Of a stretch of 37,808 bases of DNA, positions 1 to 9,013 are shown piece by piece. How positions within the stretch are numbered: position 1 is the stretch's first letter; each line of letters opens with the position of its first letter. The stretch is taken from contig DATAFB010000131.1 in NCBI GenBank assembly GCA_036257695.1, forward strand, positions 1-37,808, given 5' to 3'. This stretch comes from Solirubrobacterales bacterium. GTDB lineage: Bacteria > Actinomycetota > Thermoleophilia > Solirubrobacterales > 70-9. Under the pieces are notes generated by a model. The model had not been told where the DNA came from. It searched no databases and saw only the letters and a list, made by a program, of their open reading frames with translations. The translations under genes were made by a program, and so were the position numbers.

Positions 1-741
1 ATCAACGGACGCTCGGCGCTGGTGCTCGGGGCGAGCGCCGGGATCGGGCGCGGGATCGCCGCGGTGCTGGCGCGGGAGGGCGCCCGGGTCGCGATCGCCT
101 CGCGATCGCGCGAGCGGATCGAGGCCGCCGCGCGGGAAATCGGCGGCGACGTGGCCCCGTTCGTGTGCGACACGCATGACCTCGATCGGGTTGCGGGGCT
201 CCCAGGCGAGGCGGCGGACGCCCACGGGCCGGTCGAGATCCTCGTCACAAACACAGGCGGCCCGCCGCCCGGTGGCGTGCTCGACCACTCGATGGAGGAG
301 TGGGAGGCCGCGTACCGCTCCCTGGTGCTGGCGCCGCGGGTGCTGATCGAGGCGGTGCTGCCCCGGATGCGCGAGCGCGGCTGGGGCCGGATCGTCAACG
401 TGGGGTCGAGCTCGACGCGCGAGCCGATCCCGGCCCTGGCGCTGTCGAACATCCACCGCATGGCCGCGGTCGGCTTCTTCAAGACGCTGGCGCGCGCGGT
501 CGCTGCCGACGGGATCACCGTCAACACGGTGGCGACGGGGCGGTTCGCCACCCAGCGCCTGGCCGACAACGCGGGCTCGATCGAGGCGGCCGAGGAGGGG
601 GCGCGCGGGGAGGTCCCGGCAGGGCGCCTCGGGATGCCGGAGGAGTTCGGCGACCTGGTCGCGTTCCTGGCGTCGGAACGGGCCGCGTACCTGACCGGCG
701 CGGTGATCCCGCTGGACGGCGGGTTGCTACGGTCGGCGTAG
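1..741 (+). CDS. SDR-family oxidoreductase (5' end outside the window)
   Basis: The frame is open from base 1. Rossmann glycine motif LGASAGIGRGIA and an NTGG (NNAG-like) motif are present, and the C-terminal IPLDGG is typical of classical SDRs. The canonical YxxxK is not obvious (the region reads SNIHRMAAVGFFK). Confidence 0.8.
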   Translation: MNGRSALVLGASAGIGRGIAAVLAREGARVAIASRSRERIEAAAREIGGDVAPFVCDTHDLDRVAGLPGEAADAHGPVEILVTNTGGPPPGGVLDHSMEEWEAAYRSLVLAPRVLIEAVLPRMRERGWGRIVNVGSSSTREPIPALALSNIHRMAAVGFFKTLARAVAADGITVNTVATGRFATQRLADNAGSIEAAEEGARGEVPAGRLGMPEEFGDLVAFLASERAAYLTGAVIPLDGGLLRSA

Positions 742-743
742 GC

Positions 744-1526
744 TCAGGTGGGCTGTGGCTCAAGGCCGTCGCGGCGCGCCTTGACGACCAGCCACGCCGC
801 CCCCGCGGCGAGCATCGCGAGGCTTAGGAGCTGCGCCGTGGTCAGCCCCGCGACGACTGCGTCGTTGCGGCGGATGAGCTCGACCAGGAAGCGCTCGGTC
901 CCCGCCAGCACGAGGTAGATCGCGAACAGGATTCCGGGCGCGAACCGCTCCCGCCACCGCCACAGCACGAGCGCGACCAGCCCCATCGCGAGCGTCTCGT
1001 AGATCGGCGTCGGGTGAACCGGAGTGTCGATCGGCTCGGTCCCGTCCGGATACGCCATCGCCCACGGCCCGTCCCAGTCCTCCCCGTAGTCGCCGTCGCC
1101 CGACACCTGACAGCCGATGCGGCCGATCGCATAGCCGAGCGCGAGCGCCGGGGCGGCGAGGTCGAGCAGCCCCAGTCCCAGCATCTTCCGCCGCCACGCC
1201 CACAGCACCACCCCGAGCGCGCCTCCGACGGCGCCACCGAACCACACCAGCCCGCCGCCCGAGAAGATGTTGCCGACGAGGTCGCCGGAGACGTCGTCCC
1301 AGTTCTGGAACACGAAGTCGAGCCGGGCGCCGACGATCCCGCCGACCAGCGCGGCGAAGGTCATCTCGTACGCCCAGTCGGACGGCTTGCCCAGCTCCTT
1401 CAGCCGCCGGGCAACGAGCGCGCCGGCGGCGAGGAAGGCAAGCGCGAAGCAGATCCCGAAGGTCTGCAGCGTCAGCGGGCCGATCTCGATCTCGGGCTGC
1501 ACGAGGGGGTAGGTTGATCTTGGCAT
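744..1526 (-). CDS. lgt: Prolipoprotein diacylglyceryl transferase
   Basis: 260-aa polytopic membrane protein. It carries Lgt signatures (GGLVWFGGAVGG, GRIGCQVSGDG) and has the typical length. Confidence 0.9.
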   Translation of the reverse strand: MPRSTYPLVQPEIEIGPLTLQTFGICFALAFLAAGALVARRLKELGKPSDWAYEMTFAALVGGIVGARLDFVFQNWDDVSGDLVGNIFSGGGLVWFGGAVGGALGVVLWAWRRKMLGLGLLDLAAPALALGYAIGRIGCQVSGDGDYGEDWDGPWAMAYPDGTEPIDTPVHPTPIYETLAMGLVALVLWRWRERFAPGILFAIYLVLAGTERFLVELIRRNDAVVAGLTTAQLLSLAMLAAGAAWLVVKARRDGLEPQPT

Positions 1527-1685
1527 GAGGGCAACGTCCGCCGTCGACGCCGAGCGCGAGCCGAACTTCCTCGCCCGGTGGGAGCGCGAGCCGGCGGCGC
1601 CGCGACACGGTAACCGGGAGCGGGTGGGTGGGTAGACGTCAACATCGACGGCTCCCGATCATGGACGCGCGACGACGCCATCGAG

Positions 1686-2747
1686 GTGCTCGTCGACCTG
1701 CTCGCCGAGGCCGACTCGGCGGCCCAAACCGGCGAGTTCTACGACGACGTCTGCGACGCTCTGTGCCGGCTGACCTCGCTGCGCCGCGCCGCGCTGCTGC
1801 TGTACGACCCCGCCTACCGCGCCGTCGTCCCGGTCGGCTCGCACGGCACCGACCCCGACCTCGTCGCCCAGATCGAGGGCACCCTGGACGAGACGCCGAT
1901 GGCCCAGCGCGCGCTGGCCGAGAACCGGGTGGTCGAGGCGTCGGAGGACCACGCCAGCCACGTCCCGGCCCGATACGCGCGCTTCGCGGGCATCACGACG
2001 ATCACCTGCACTCCGATCTCCGCCGGCGGGCGGTGGCTGGGCGTGATCTTCGCCGACCGCGGCGGAGGCCGGTTCGAGCTCACCGACGACGAGCGCCGCA
2101 CGATGCTGACCCTGGGCCGGCTCGCGGCGCTCGCCGCGAGCGTCGAGCGCGCGACCAGCCAGCGCGAGCACGCTCGGCGGCTGTCGGAGCGGGTGTCGCT
2201 GACGCGCGAGATCCACGAGCAGGTGATCCAGCGGCTGTTCGGCCTCCTGCTCGTCGTCGGGTCCGACCAGCCGCTCACCGAGGCCGACCGCGGCCGCGTC
2301 GACGAGGAGCTGCGCGCGGTGCTGTCGGAGCTGCGCGGGGCGCTCGATCGCTCGCTCACCCCGCGCGAGCACGAGACCCGCACCACCCTTCGCCATCTCC
2401 TCGACCGCCTCGGGCGGCGGCCCGAGCTGAGCGTCGTGTGGCCCGACGGAGTCGAGATACCGAGCGAGCTCGAGCCGCTCCTCCAGGCGACGCTCGCCGA
2501 GGCGCTGCGGAACATCGATAAGCACGCACGCCCGACGACGATCGAGGTAGAGGTCGCCGCCGAGCCGGAGGCGCTGATCCTCGAGGTGACCAATGACGGC
2601 GCCGTCGGGGAGAACGGCGAAAGCGGGGGGCTCGGGCTGCGGCTGATGTCGCTGGAGGCGCTCCAGCACCGCGGGATCGTCGAGTTCGGGCCCGTCCCGC
2701 CCGACCGGTGGCGGGTCAGGCTCGTGGTGCCGCCGGGACGCCGATGA
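1686..2747 (+). CDS. Soluble sensor histidine kinase (GAF domain + HisKA_3 + HATPase_c)
   Basis: GTG start. The N-terminal ~150 aa are GAF-like with no TM segments. H-box REIHEQVIQRLFG (HisKA_3 type), N-box EALRNIDKHA and G-box GGLGLRLM are present. The stop overlaps the regulator start (ATGA). Confidence 0.8.
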   Translation: MLVDLLAEADSAAQTGEFYDDVCDALCRLTSLRRAALLLYDPAYRAVVPVGSHGTDPDLVAQIEGTLDETPMAQRALAENRVVEASEDHASHVPARYARFAGITTITCTPISAGGRWLGVIFADRGGGRFELTDDERRTMLTLGRLAALAASVERATSQREHARRLSERVSLTREIHEQVIQRLFGLLLVVGSDQPLTEADRGRVDEELRAVLSELRGALDRSLTPREHETRTTLRHLLDRLGRRPELSVVWPDGVEIPSELEPLLQATLAEALRNIDKHARPTTIEVEVAAEPEALILEVTNDGAVGENGESGGLGLRLMSLEALQHRGIVEFGPVPPDRWRVRLVVPPGRR

Positions 2748-3349
2748 GCACCGAGCAGGAGCTCCGCGTGCTCGTGGTCGACGACCACGACGTCGTCCAC
2801 TGGGGCTTCCGGCTGCTGCTCGAGCGCCAGCCGTGGGTCGAGCGCTGCGTCGCCGCGGCCGACGCGGCCGACGCGCTCGAGCAGGCGCGCCGGCTGCGCC
2901 CCCACGTCGCGCTGGTCGACCTGCTGCTGCGCGACGAGTCAGGGGCCGAGCTGTGCGAGGAGCTGCGCGCGGCGTCCCCAGAGACGCGGATCCTGCTGCT
3001 GTCGGGAGTCGGCTCGATCTCGCCCGCGGTCGCGCGCGCCGCGGGCGCGTCGGGGTTCGTCTCGAAGCAGCTCGGCGCCGGCGACATCGTCAAGGCGGTG
3101 CGGATGGTCGCACTCGGAATGGAGGTGTTCGGGCGCGAGGAGGAGGAGCGGCCGGGCGCGCTGTCGGGTCGCGAGCGCGAGGTGGTGGGGCTGATCGCGG
3201 CAGGGGCCACGAACCGCGAGATCGCGCAGCGCCTGTACCTCTCTCCGCACACCGTCAAGGAGCACACGAGCACGATCTACCGCAAGCTCGGCGTTCGCAA
3301 CCGCGCCGAGGCGGTCAAGCGGGCGCAGCGGCTCGGGATCATCACCTAG
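2744..3349 (+). CDS. NarL/LuxR-family response regulator
   Basis: Receiver domain (RVLVVDDHD ... DLLLRD) plus a C-terminal LuxR HTH (LSGREREVVGLIAAGATNREIAQRLYLSPHTVKEHTSTIYRKLGV). I chose ATG 2744 (ATGA overlap with the kinase stop) rather than the track start at 2708. Confidence 0.9.
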   Translation: MSTEQELRVLVVDDHDVVHWGFRLLLERQPWVERCVAAADAADALEQARRLRPHVALVDLLLRDESGAELCEELRAASPETRILLLSGVGSISPAVARAAGASGFVSKQLGAGDIVKAVRMVALGMEVFGREEEERPGALSGREREVVGLIAAGATNREIAQRLYLSPHTVKEHTSTIYRKLGVRNRAEAVKRAQRLGIIT

Positions 3350-3367
3350 CGATTTGGGCGCCGAGCA

Positions 3368-3385
3368 TTGGGGCGCAGCCCCCAA
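3368..3385 (+). terminator. Hairpin TTGGGG-N6-CCCCAA just after the regulator stop
   Basis: A 6-bp inverted repeat lies 19 nt downstream of the stop at 3349. There is no U-tract. Confidence 0.2.
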
Positions 3386-3441
3386 CTGCGAGGCGACTGG
3401 CAGGTCATCCGTACTGATTCCCCCCGACGCGGTCGCCTCGA

Positions 3442-3458
3442 CCCCCCCGACCGGGGGG
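3442..3458 (+). terminator. C6/G6 hairpin (CCCCCC-GACC-GGGGGG-TT) between the two-component system and fabD
   Basis: Perfect 6-bp G:C stem with a 4-nt loop, followed by TT, about 50 nt upstream of fabD. It could be a terminator or part of the fab leader. Confidence 0.25.
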
Positions 3459-3510
3459 TTCACCGTGTGCGCGCCTTAACAGCGGGTGGGTAGCGGGGAA
3501 GTATGCGGCG

Positions 3511-4380
3511 GTGGGCAACGACCACGACACTGCGCTGCTCTTCCCCGGCCAGGGAAGCCAGAGTGACGATATGCGCGAGCTCGTCGCCCGGGTGCGCCCC
3601 GGGCTGCTCGACCAGGCGATCGCCGAGCTCGGAGCCGACCCGTTCGCATGCGTCGACGAGGGGACCGCGTACGCACAGCCGGCCCTTTACTGCGCCAGCC
3701 TCGCCGGATGGGCGGAAGGCGGCAGCCCGGCGGCGGCGTACATGGCCGGCCACTCGCTCGGCGAGCTGGCGGCGCTCGCCGCGGCCGGCAGCGTCAGCGA
3801 GGAGGACGGTTTGGCGCTCGCGATCGCGCGCGGACGGGCGATGCAAGCCGCGGCCGAGAGCGGCCCCCCAGGCGGGATGCTCGCCGTGCTCGGCGATGAG
3901 GCGCCGACACGCGAGATCGCCGAGCGCCTCAGGCTGACGCTAGCGAACGAGAACGCCCCCGGGCAGGTCGTGCTGTCGGGGCCCGCCGACGCCCTCGCCG
4001 CCGCCAAGCCGGAGCTGAAGCGCGCGGGGCTGAAGGCGATCCGGCTGCGCGTGCAGGGAGCGTTCCACTCCCCCGCGATGGAGTCGGCGGTGCCGGAGTT
4101 CGAGCGCGCGCTCGCCGCCGTCGACGTCGGCCCGCCGCGGGTCCCGGTGATGTCGAGCATCGCCGCGCGGCCGTTCGACGACGTGCGCGCGCGCCTCCTC
4201 GAGGCGCTGACGAAGCCGGTGCGGTGGCGCGAGGCGCTGATCGCGCTGTACCGCGCCGGGGTGCGGAGGTTCGTCGAGACCGGCCCGGGGACGGTGCTGA
4301 CCGGGCTCGTGCGGCGCACCCTCGACTCGGTCGAGGCGACGACGGTCGGCGCGCTGGATCCGGAGGCCGCCCGTGCCTGA
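3511..4380 (+). CDS. fabD: Malonyl-CoA:ACP transacylase
   Basis: LLFPGQGSQ and the active-site GHSLGE motif are present. Length is 289 aa and the gene sits in a fab cluster. Confidence 0.93.
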   Translation: MGNDHDTALLFPGQGSQSDDMRELVARVRPGLLDQAIAELGADPFACVDEGTAYAQPALYCASLAGWAEGGSPAAAYMAGHSLGELAALAAAGSVSEEDGLALAIARGRAMQAAAESGPPGGMLAVLGDEAPTREIAERLRLTLANENAPGQVVLSGPADALAAAKPELKRAGLKAIRLRVQGAFHSPAMESAVPEFERALAAVDVGPPRVPVMSSIAARPFDDVRARLLEALTKPVRWREALIALYRAGVRRFVETGPGTVLTGLVRRTLDSVEATTVGALDPEAARA

Positions 4381-5380
4381 GGCGCTCGCCACGACGACGC
4401 GCGCGGCGTCCGATGGGCTCGCCACCAGGCGCGGCGCCGCGGTGGCCTCGGTGGCGATGGCGGTGCCGCCCGAGGCCGTCGACAACGCCCCGATCGCCGA
4501 CCGGCTCGGAGTCAGCGAGCGCTGGATCGTCGAGCGGACCGGGGTCGTCGAGCGCCGCGTGGCCGCGGACGGCGACCGGCTCGCGAGCTACGCCGCCGAG
4601 GCGGGATCGGCGGCGCTCGCCGACGCGGGAGTCGATGCCGCGGACCTCGACCTGGTGATCGTCGCGACGATGAGCCACGAGCAGCTGACGCCGCACGCCG
4701 CGGCGCTCGTCACCGATCTGATCGGGGCGACCCGCTCCGGCGCGATCGACCTCAACGCCGCGTGCACGGGCTTCCTCTCCGCGCTTTCGCTGGCCACCGG
4801 CCAGATCGAGAGCGGCAGAGCGCGCTCGGTACTCGTGATCGGCGCCGACCTGCTCAGCCGCCTGACCGATCGCGACGATCGCAGCACCGCGGGGCTGTTC
4901 GGGGACGGCGCCGGCGCCTTCGTCGTCCGCGCCACCGACCCGCCCGGGCGGATCGGCCCCGTCGTGCTCGGCGCCGACGGCGCCCGCGCGGGGCTGATCC
5001 AGGCGGACCGCGCCGAGGGCCTAGTCCGCATGAAGGGGCCGGACACCTTCCGCCAGGCGGTCGACCGGCTCGCCGAAGGGACGCTGGACGCGCTTGCGGC
5101 CGCCGGACGCGACCTGGCCGACGTCGACGTGTTCGCCTACCACCAGGCGAACAGCCGCATCATCCGCGCCGTCGGCGAGCGGCTCGAGCTCCCCACCGAG
5201 CGCGTGATCGACTGCGTGCCGCAGTACGCGAACACCTCCGCCGCGACGATCCCGATCGCGCTGACCGTGGCGCGCGACCGCGGCCTGCTCGCGGACGGCG
5301 CGACGGTGCTGTGCGCCGCGTTCGGCGGCGGCCTGGCGTGGGGGGCGACGGTCATCGACTGGGGCTCGGATGGGCGCTGA
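4373..5380 (+). CDS. fabH: Beta-ketoacyl-ACP synthase III
   Basis: Active-site NAACTGF, YHQANSRI and a GGGLAWGA C-terminus are present. It overlaps the fabD stop by 8 nt. The exact start is uncertain because the N-terminal ~25 aa are low complexity. Confidence 0.9.
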   Translation: MPEALATTTRAASDGLATRRGAAVASVAMAVPPEAVDNAPIADRLGVSERWIVERTGVVERRVAADGDRLASYAAEAGSAALADAGVDAADLDLVIVATMSHEQLTPHAAALVTDLIGATRSGAIDLNAACTGFLSALSLATGQIESGRARSVLVIGADLLSRLTDRDDRSTAGLFGDGAGAFVVRATDPPGRIGPVVLGADGARAGLIQADRAEGLVRMKGPDTFRQAVDRLAEGTLDALAAAGRDLADVDVFAYHQANSRIIRAVGERLELPTERVIDCVPQYANTSAATIPIALTVARDRGLLADGATVLCAAFGGGLAWGATVIDWGSDGR

Positions 5381-6110
5381 GGAGACCAACGGAAGCGCGC
5401 TCGTGACCGGCGCCGCTGGCGGGATCGGTGCGGCGATCGCGCGCGTGCTGGCCGCCGACGGATGGCCGGTGGGCGTCAACTACCGCAGCGACGCCTCCGG
5501 CGCGGAGCGCGTCGCGGCCGAGATCGCCGAGGCCGGCGGCCGCGCGCTGGCGCTGCCCGGCGACCTGCGCGACGAGGACGCCGCAGAGTCGCTGTTCTCG
5601 CGCATGGAGGAGGAGTTCGGGCCGGTGCTGGTGCTGGTCAACAACGCCGGCGTACGGGCCGACGGCCTCTCCCCCCAGCTCGGCGACGAGCAGTGGGAGC
5701 GGGTGATCGACACGAACCTGTCGGCCGCGTTCCGCACGACCCGCCGGGCGCTGAAGCCGATGCTGCGGGCGCGCTTCGGGCGGATCGTCAACGTCGCCTC
5801 GGTCGTCGGACCGCGCGCCAATGCCGGGCAGGCGAACTACGCCGCGTCGAAGGCGGGGCTGATCGGGTTCACGAAGACGGTCGCCGTCGAGGTCGCGCGG
5901 CGCCGGGTGACGGTCAACGCGGTCGCCCCCGGGTTCGTGCAGACGAAGCTGACCGAGGACGTCATGGGCAACGGGCTCGTCGACGCGATCCCGGCGCGCC
6001 GCGTCGGCACCCCCGAGGAGGTTGCCGCCTGCGTGCGCTTCCTGACCTCGGACGGAGCGTCGTACGTGACCGGCACCACCTTGACCGTGGACGGAGGGAT
6101 GAGCGCATGA
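5370..6110 (+). CDS. fabG: 3-oxoacyl-ACP reductase
   Basis: SDR motifs TGAAGGIGAAIA, NNAG and YAASKAG, with a GTTLTVDGGM C-terminus. It overlaps the fabH stop by 11 nt. Confidence 0.9.
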   Translation: MGAEETNGSALVTGAAGGIGAAIARVLAADGWPVGVNYRSDASGAERVAAEIAEAGGRALALPGDLRDEDAAESLFSRMEEEFGPVLVLVNNAGVRADGLSPQLGDEQWERVIDTNLSAAFRTTRRALKPMLRARFGRIVNVASVVGPRANAGQANYAASKAGLIGFTKTVAVEVARRRVTVNAVAPGFVQTKLTEDVMGNGLVDAIPARRVGTPEEVAACVRFLTSDGASYVTGTTLTVDGGMSA

Positions 6111-6126
6111 TCGAAAGGAGCAGACG

Positions 6127-6375
6127 ATGGAAGCGGCAGTGACGACGGAGCGGGTCGAGAAGGTGATCTTCGACGGCCTCGCCGAGGTCGGCGCGGAGCG
6201 CGATCAGATCTCGCGCGGGGCGACGTTCGAGACGCTCGAGGTCGACTCTCTCGACCTGGTCGAGATCTCGCAGATCGTCGAGGACGAGTTCGGAGTCGAG
6301 CTCGAGGGCGACGACGTCAAGGACCTGAAGAACGTCGGCGAGGTAATCGACCTCGTGGTGGCGCGCTCGTCATGA
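6127..6375 (+). CDS. acpP: Acyl carrier protein
   Basis: 82 aa and acidic, with the phosphopantetheine site LEVDSLDLVE. A strong RBS (AAAGGAG) sits upstream of the ATG. Confidence 0.93.
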   Translation: MEAAVTTERVEKVIFDGLAEVGAERDQISRGATFETLEVDSLDLVEISQIVEDEFGVELEGDDVKDLKNVGEVIDLVVARSS

Positions 6376-7580
6376 GACGGCGCGTCGCCATCACGGGCAT
6401 CGGCGCGGTCACCCCGCTGGGGGTCGGCGCCGATGCGCTGATCGACCGCTGGATCGACCGCCGTTGCGGGATCGAGGACGGCGAGGGTCAGGCCGACGAG
6501 TTCGATCCGATCGAGTTCATGACCCGCAAGGAGGCGCGGCGCAGCGATCGCTTCGCCCAGTTCGCGATCGCGGCTTCGGACGAGGCCGTGAGCCAAGCGG
6601 GCTGGTCGGAGGGGCTCCCGTACGTGCCGCAGCGCGTCGGGTGCGTTGTCGGCACCGGGATCGGCGGGTTGAGCTCGCTCGAGGAGCAGGAGAACGTGCT
6701 GCGCGAGCGCGGCGCCAAGGCGGTCTCGCCGCTGTCCGTCCCCCTGATGATGGGCAACGCGGGCGCCGCGGCGCTGGCGATGCGCCACGGAATCCATGGC
6801 CACACCTACGGCGTCGTGTCGGCGTGCGCCGCCGGTGCGCACGCGGTCGGTGCCGGCACGCGGCTGATCGAAGGCGGCGACGCCGACGCGGTCGTGGTCG
6901 GAGGCGCGGAGGCGGCCCTGACCGGGCTGGCGGCCGCCGCGTTCATGGCGATGGGCGCGACCTCGCCGACCGGCGTTTCGCGTCCGTTCGACCGCCGCCG
7001 CGACGGGTTCGTGATGGGCGAGGGCGCCGGTGTCCTGGTGCTCGAGGACGCCGAGGTGGCCGAGCGGCGGGGCGCGGAGGCTGTCGGCGAGGTGCTGGGA
7101 TACGCCGCGACCTCGGACGCCCACCACCTCACGGCGCCGGAGCCGTCGGGAGCCGAGGCGGCGCGGGCGATCGAGTTGGCTCTCGACGACGCGGAGATCG
7201 GGCCCGCAGACCTCGACTACGTCAACGCGCACGGCACCTCGACCCCGCTCAACGACCGCTCCGAGACCGAGTCGCTGAAGACGGCGCTGGGCGACGACGC
7301 CCGCCGAGTCCCGGTCTCGTCTACCAAGTCGGCGATCGGACACTTGCTCGGAGCCGCGGGCGCGGTCGAGGCGATCGCCACCGTCCAGGCGCTGCGCCGC
7401 CGCACCGCCCCACCGACGCTGGGGTGGGAGGAGCGCGACGATGGCCTCGACCTCGACTACGTCCCGGGCGAGGCGCGGGCCCTGGGCGCCAACGGCAACG
7501 GCGCCGGAGATCCACTGGTCGCGATCTCGAACTCGTTCGGGTTCGGCGGCCACAACGCCGTCCTCTGCCTGCGCGCATGA
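6372..7580 (+). CDS. fabF: Beta-ketoacyl-ACP synthase II
   Basis: KAS I/II motifs: active-site SACAAG, AHGTSTP and NSFGFGGHN. It has an ATGA overlap with the acpP stop. Confidence 0.93.
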   Translation: MRRRVAITGIGAVTPLGVGADALIDRWIDRRCGIEDGEGQADEFDPIEFMTRKEARRSDRFAQFAIAASDEAVSQAGWSEGLPYVPQRVGCVVGTGIGGLSSLEEQENVLRERGAKAVSPLSVPLMMGNAGAAALAMRHGIHGHTYGVVSACAAGAHAVGAGTRLIEGGDADAVVVGGAEAALTGLAAAAFMAMGATSPTGVSRPFDRRRDGFVMGEGAGVLVLEDAEVAERRGAEAVGEVLGYAATSDAHHLTAPEPSGAEAARAIELALDDAEIGPADLDYVNAHGTSTPLNDRSETESLKTALGDDARRVPVSSTKSAIGHLLGAAGAVEAIATVQALRRRTAPPTLGWEERDDGLDLDYVPGEARALGANGNGAGDPLVAISNSFGFGGHNAVLCLRA

Positions 7581-9013
7581 GCGGGACGGCCGCCCCCACC
7601 GCCGCCGTCCAGGTCCCGACACAGAAGGAGGCCGCGGTCGGCGCTCGCCAGCGCCTCGAGGCGCTGTGCGACCCGGGCTCGTTCCGGCCGCTGCGTTCGC
7701 GGGTGCTGTCGCGCCGGCTCGGCGAGCGGGCGCACGGTGGCGACGGTGTGCTCGCTGGGGCGGGCCGCGTTTCGGGGCGACCCGTGTTCTGCTACGCGCA
7801 GGACCCGGCGTTCATGGGCGGCTCGCTGGGGGAGGCCCACGCCGACTCGATCGTCCGGGTCATGGAGCTCGCCGGCGAGGCGAGCGCGCCGGTGGTCGGG
7901 TTCATCGAGTCGGGCGGAGCGCGCCTCCAGGAGGGGCACGCCGGCCTCGCCGGGTACGGGCGGATCTTCCGCAAGAGCGTCGAGCTGTCGTCACGCGTCC
8001 CCCAGATCTCCGTCGTAACCGGCGTGTCCGCCGGCGGCGGCTCGTACTCGCCGGCGCTGACCGACTTCGTGCTGATGACAAGCTCGGCACGGATGTTCCT
8101 CACCGGCCCCCGCGTCGTGCGCGAGGCGCTCGGCGAGGAGGTGACGATGGAGGAGCTCGGCGGTCCGCGCGTCCACGAGGGGAACGGCGTCTGCCAACTC
8201 GTGGCCGACTCGGAGGAGGAGGCGACCGATCGCGTGCGCGAGCTGCTCGGGCTGCTTCCGCAGGTGATCGGCGAGCGCTCCCCGCTCGCCGCCCCGGGCC
8301 CCGCCGGCGGGAGCGACCCGAGCGCCCCCGTGCCGGCCGAGGCGCGGCGGGTGTACGACGTCCGCGAGGTGATCGCCGCGATCGTCGACCAGGGGCGGCT
8401 GCTGGAGATCTCGTCTCGATGGGCGCGGAACATGGTCACGGGGTTCGCCCGCCTCGACGGCCGGCCGGTCGGCATCGTCGCCAACCAGCCGCGTCGCCTC
8501 GGCGGAGTGATCGACGCGGTCGCGTCCGAGAAGGCGGCCCACTTCGTCGACATGTGCGACCGATTCGGCATCCCACTCGTCGTCCTCGTCGACACGCCCG
8601 GCTTCATGCCGGGCACCCGCCAGGAGGGGGCGGGCGTGATCCGTCACGGCGCCTCGCTGCTGCGGGCGTTCGCCGGCGCTTCGGTTCCGCGGGTCACGGT
8701 CGTGCTGCGCAAGGCGTACGGCGGCGCCGTGATCACGATGAACTCCAAGGACCTCGGCGCGAACGTCGTCTTCGCATGGCCCGGAGCCGAGATCGGGATC
8801 ATGGCTGCAAACCAGGCCGTGGGCGTGGTCCACCGCCGCCGGCTGCGCGACGCGGACGACCCCGAGGCGCTCGGCGCCAACCTCGCGGCGGCGTACGCCG
8901 AGGAGCATCTGACCGCGGCAGCGGCGGCGGCCAGCGGGTTCATCGACGAAGTCATCGAGCCGACGGACACCCGCCGCTCCCTGGCATGGGCGCTCGGATC
9001 GCTGGAGAGATGA
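7577..9013 (+). CDS. Acyl-CoA carboxylase carboxyltransferase (beta) subunit
   Basis: This is the C-terminal 478 codons of the 849-aa track ORF, beginning at ATG 7577 (ATGA overlap with the fabF stop). Two-domain carboxyltransferase signatures are present (DGVLAGAGRVSGRPVFCYAQDPAFMGGSLGE, ESGGARLQEG, DTPGFMPG). The upstream part of the ORF is out of frame with fabF and Arg/Gly-rich. Confidence 0.88.
   Translation: MSGTAAPTAAVQVPTQKEAAVGARQRLEALCDPGSFRPLRSRVLSRRLGERAHGGDGVLAGAGRVSGRPVFCYAQDPAFMGGSLGEAHADSIVRVMELAGEASAPVVGFIESGGARLQEGHAGLAGYGRIFRKSVELSSRVPQISVVTGVSAGGGSYSPALTDFVLMTSSARMFLTGPRVVREALGEEVTMEELGGPRVHEGNGVCQLVADSEEEATDRVRELLGLLPQVIGERSPLAAPGPAGGSDPSAPVPAEARRVYDVREVIAAIVDQGRLLEISSRWARNMVTGFARLDGRPVGIVANQPRRLGGVIDAVASEKAAHFVDMCDRFGIPLVVLVDTPGFMPGTRQEGAGVIRHGASLLRAFAGASVPRVTVVLRKAYGGAVITMNSKDLGANVVFAWPGAEIGIMAANQAVGVVHRRRLRDADDPEALGANLAAAYAEEHLTAAAAAASGFIDEVIEPTDTRRSLAWALGSLER

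Noticed and set aside
6464-7576. Upstream portions of the long plus-strand ORFs (6464-7576, 7441-9009, 9132-9701) that precede the carboxyltransferase, SGNH and MaoC genes
   Set aside because: These segments are out of frame with the real upstream genes (fabF, carboxyltransferase, SGNH) and are Arg/Gly/Pro-rich. Each real gene begins at a start codon overlapping the previous stop.
6204-7622. 472-aa minus-strand ORF antisense to fabF
   Set aside because: It is Arg/Gly/Asp-rich low-complexity sequence with no recognisable motifs. It fully overlaps a gene with clear KAS II motifs, which is the typical antisense open frame of very GC-rich DNA.
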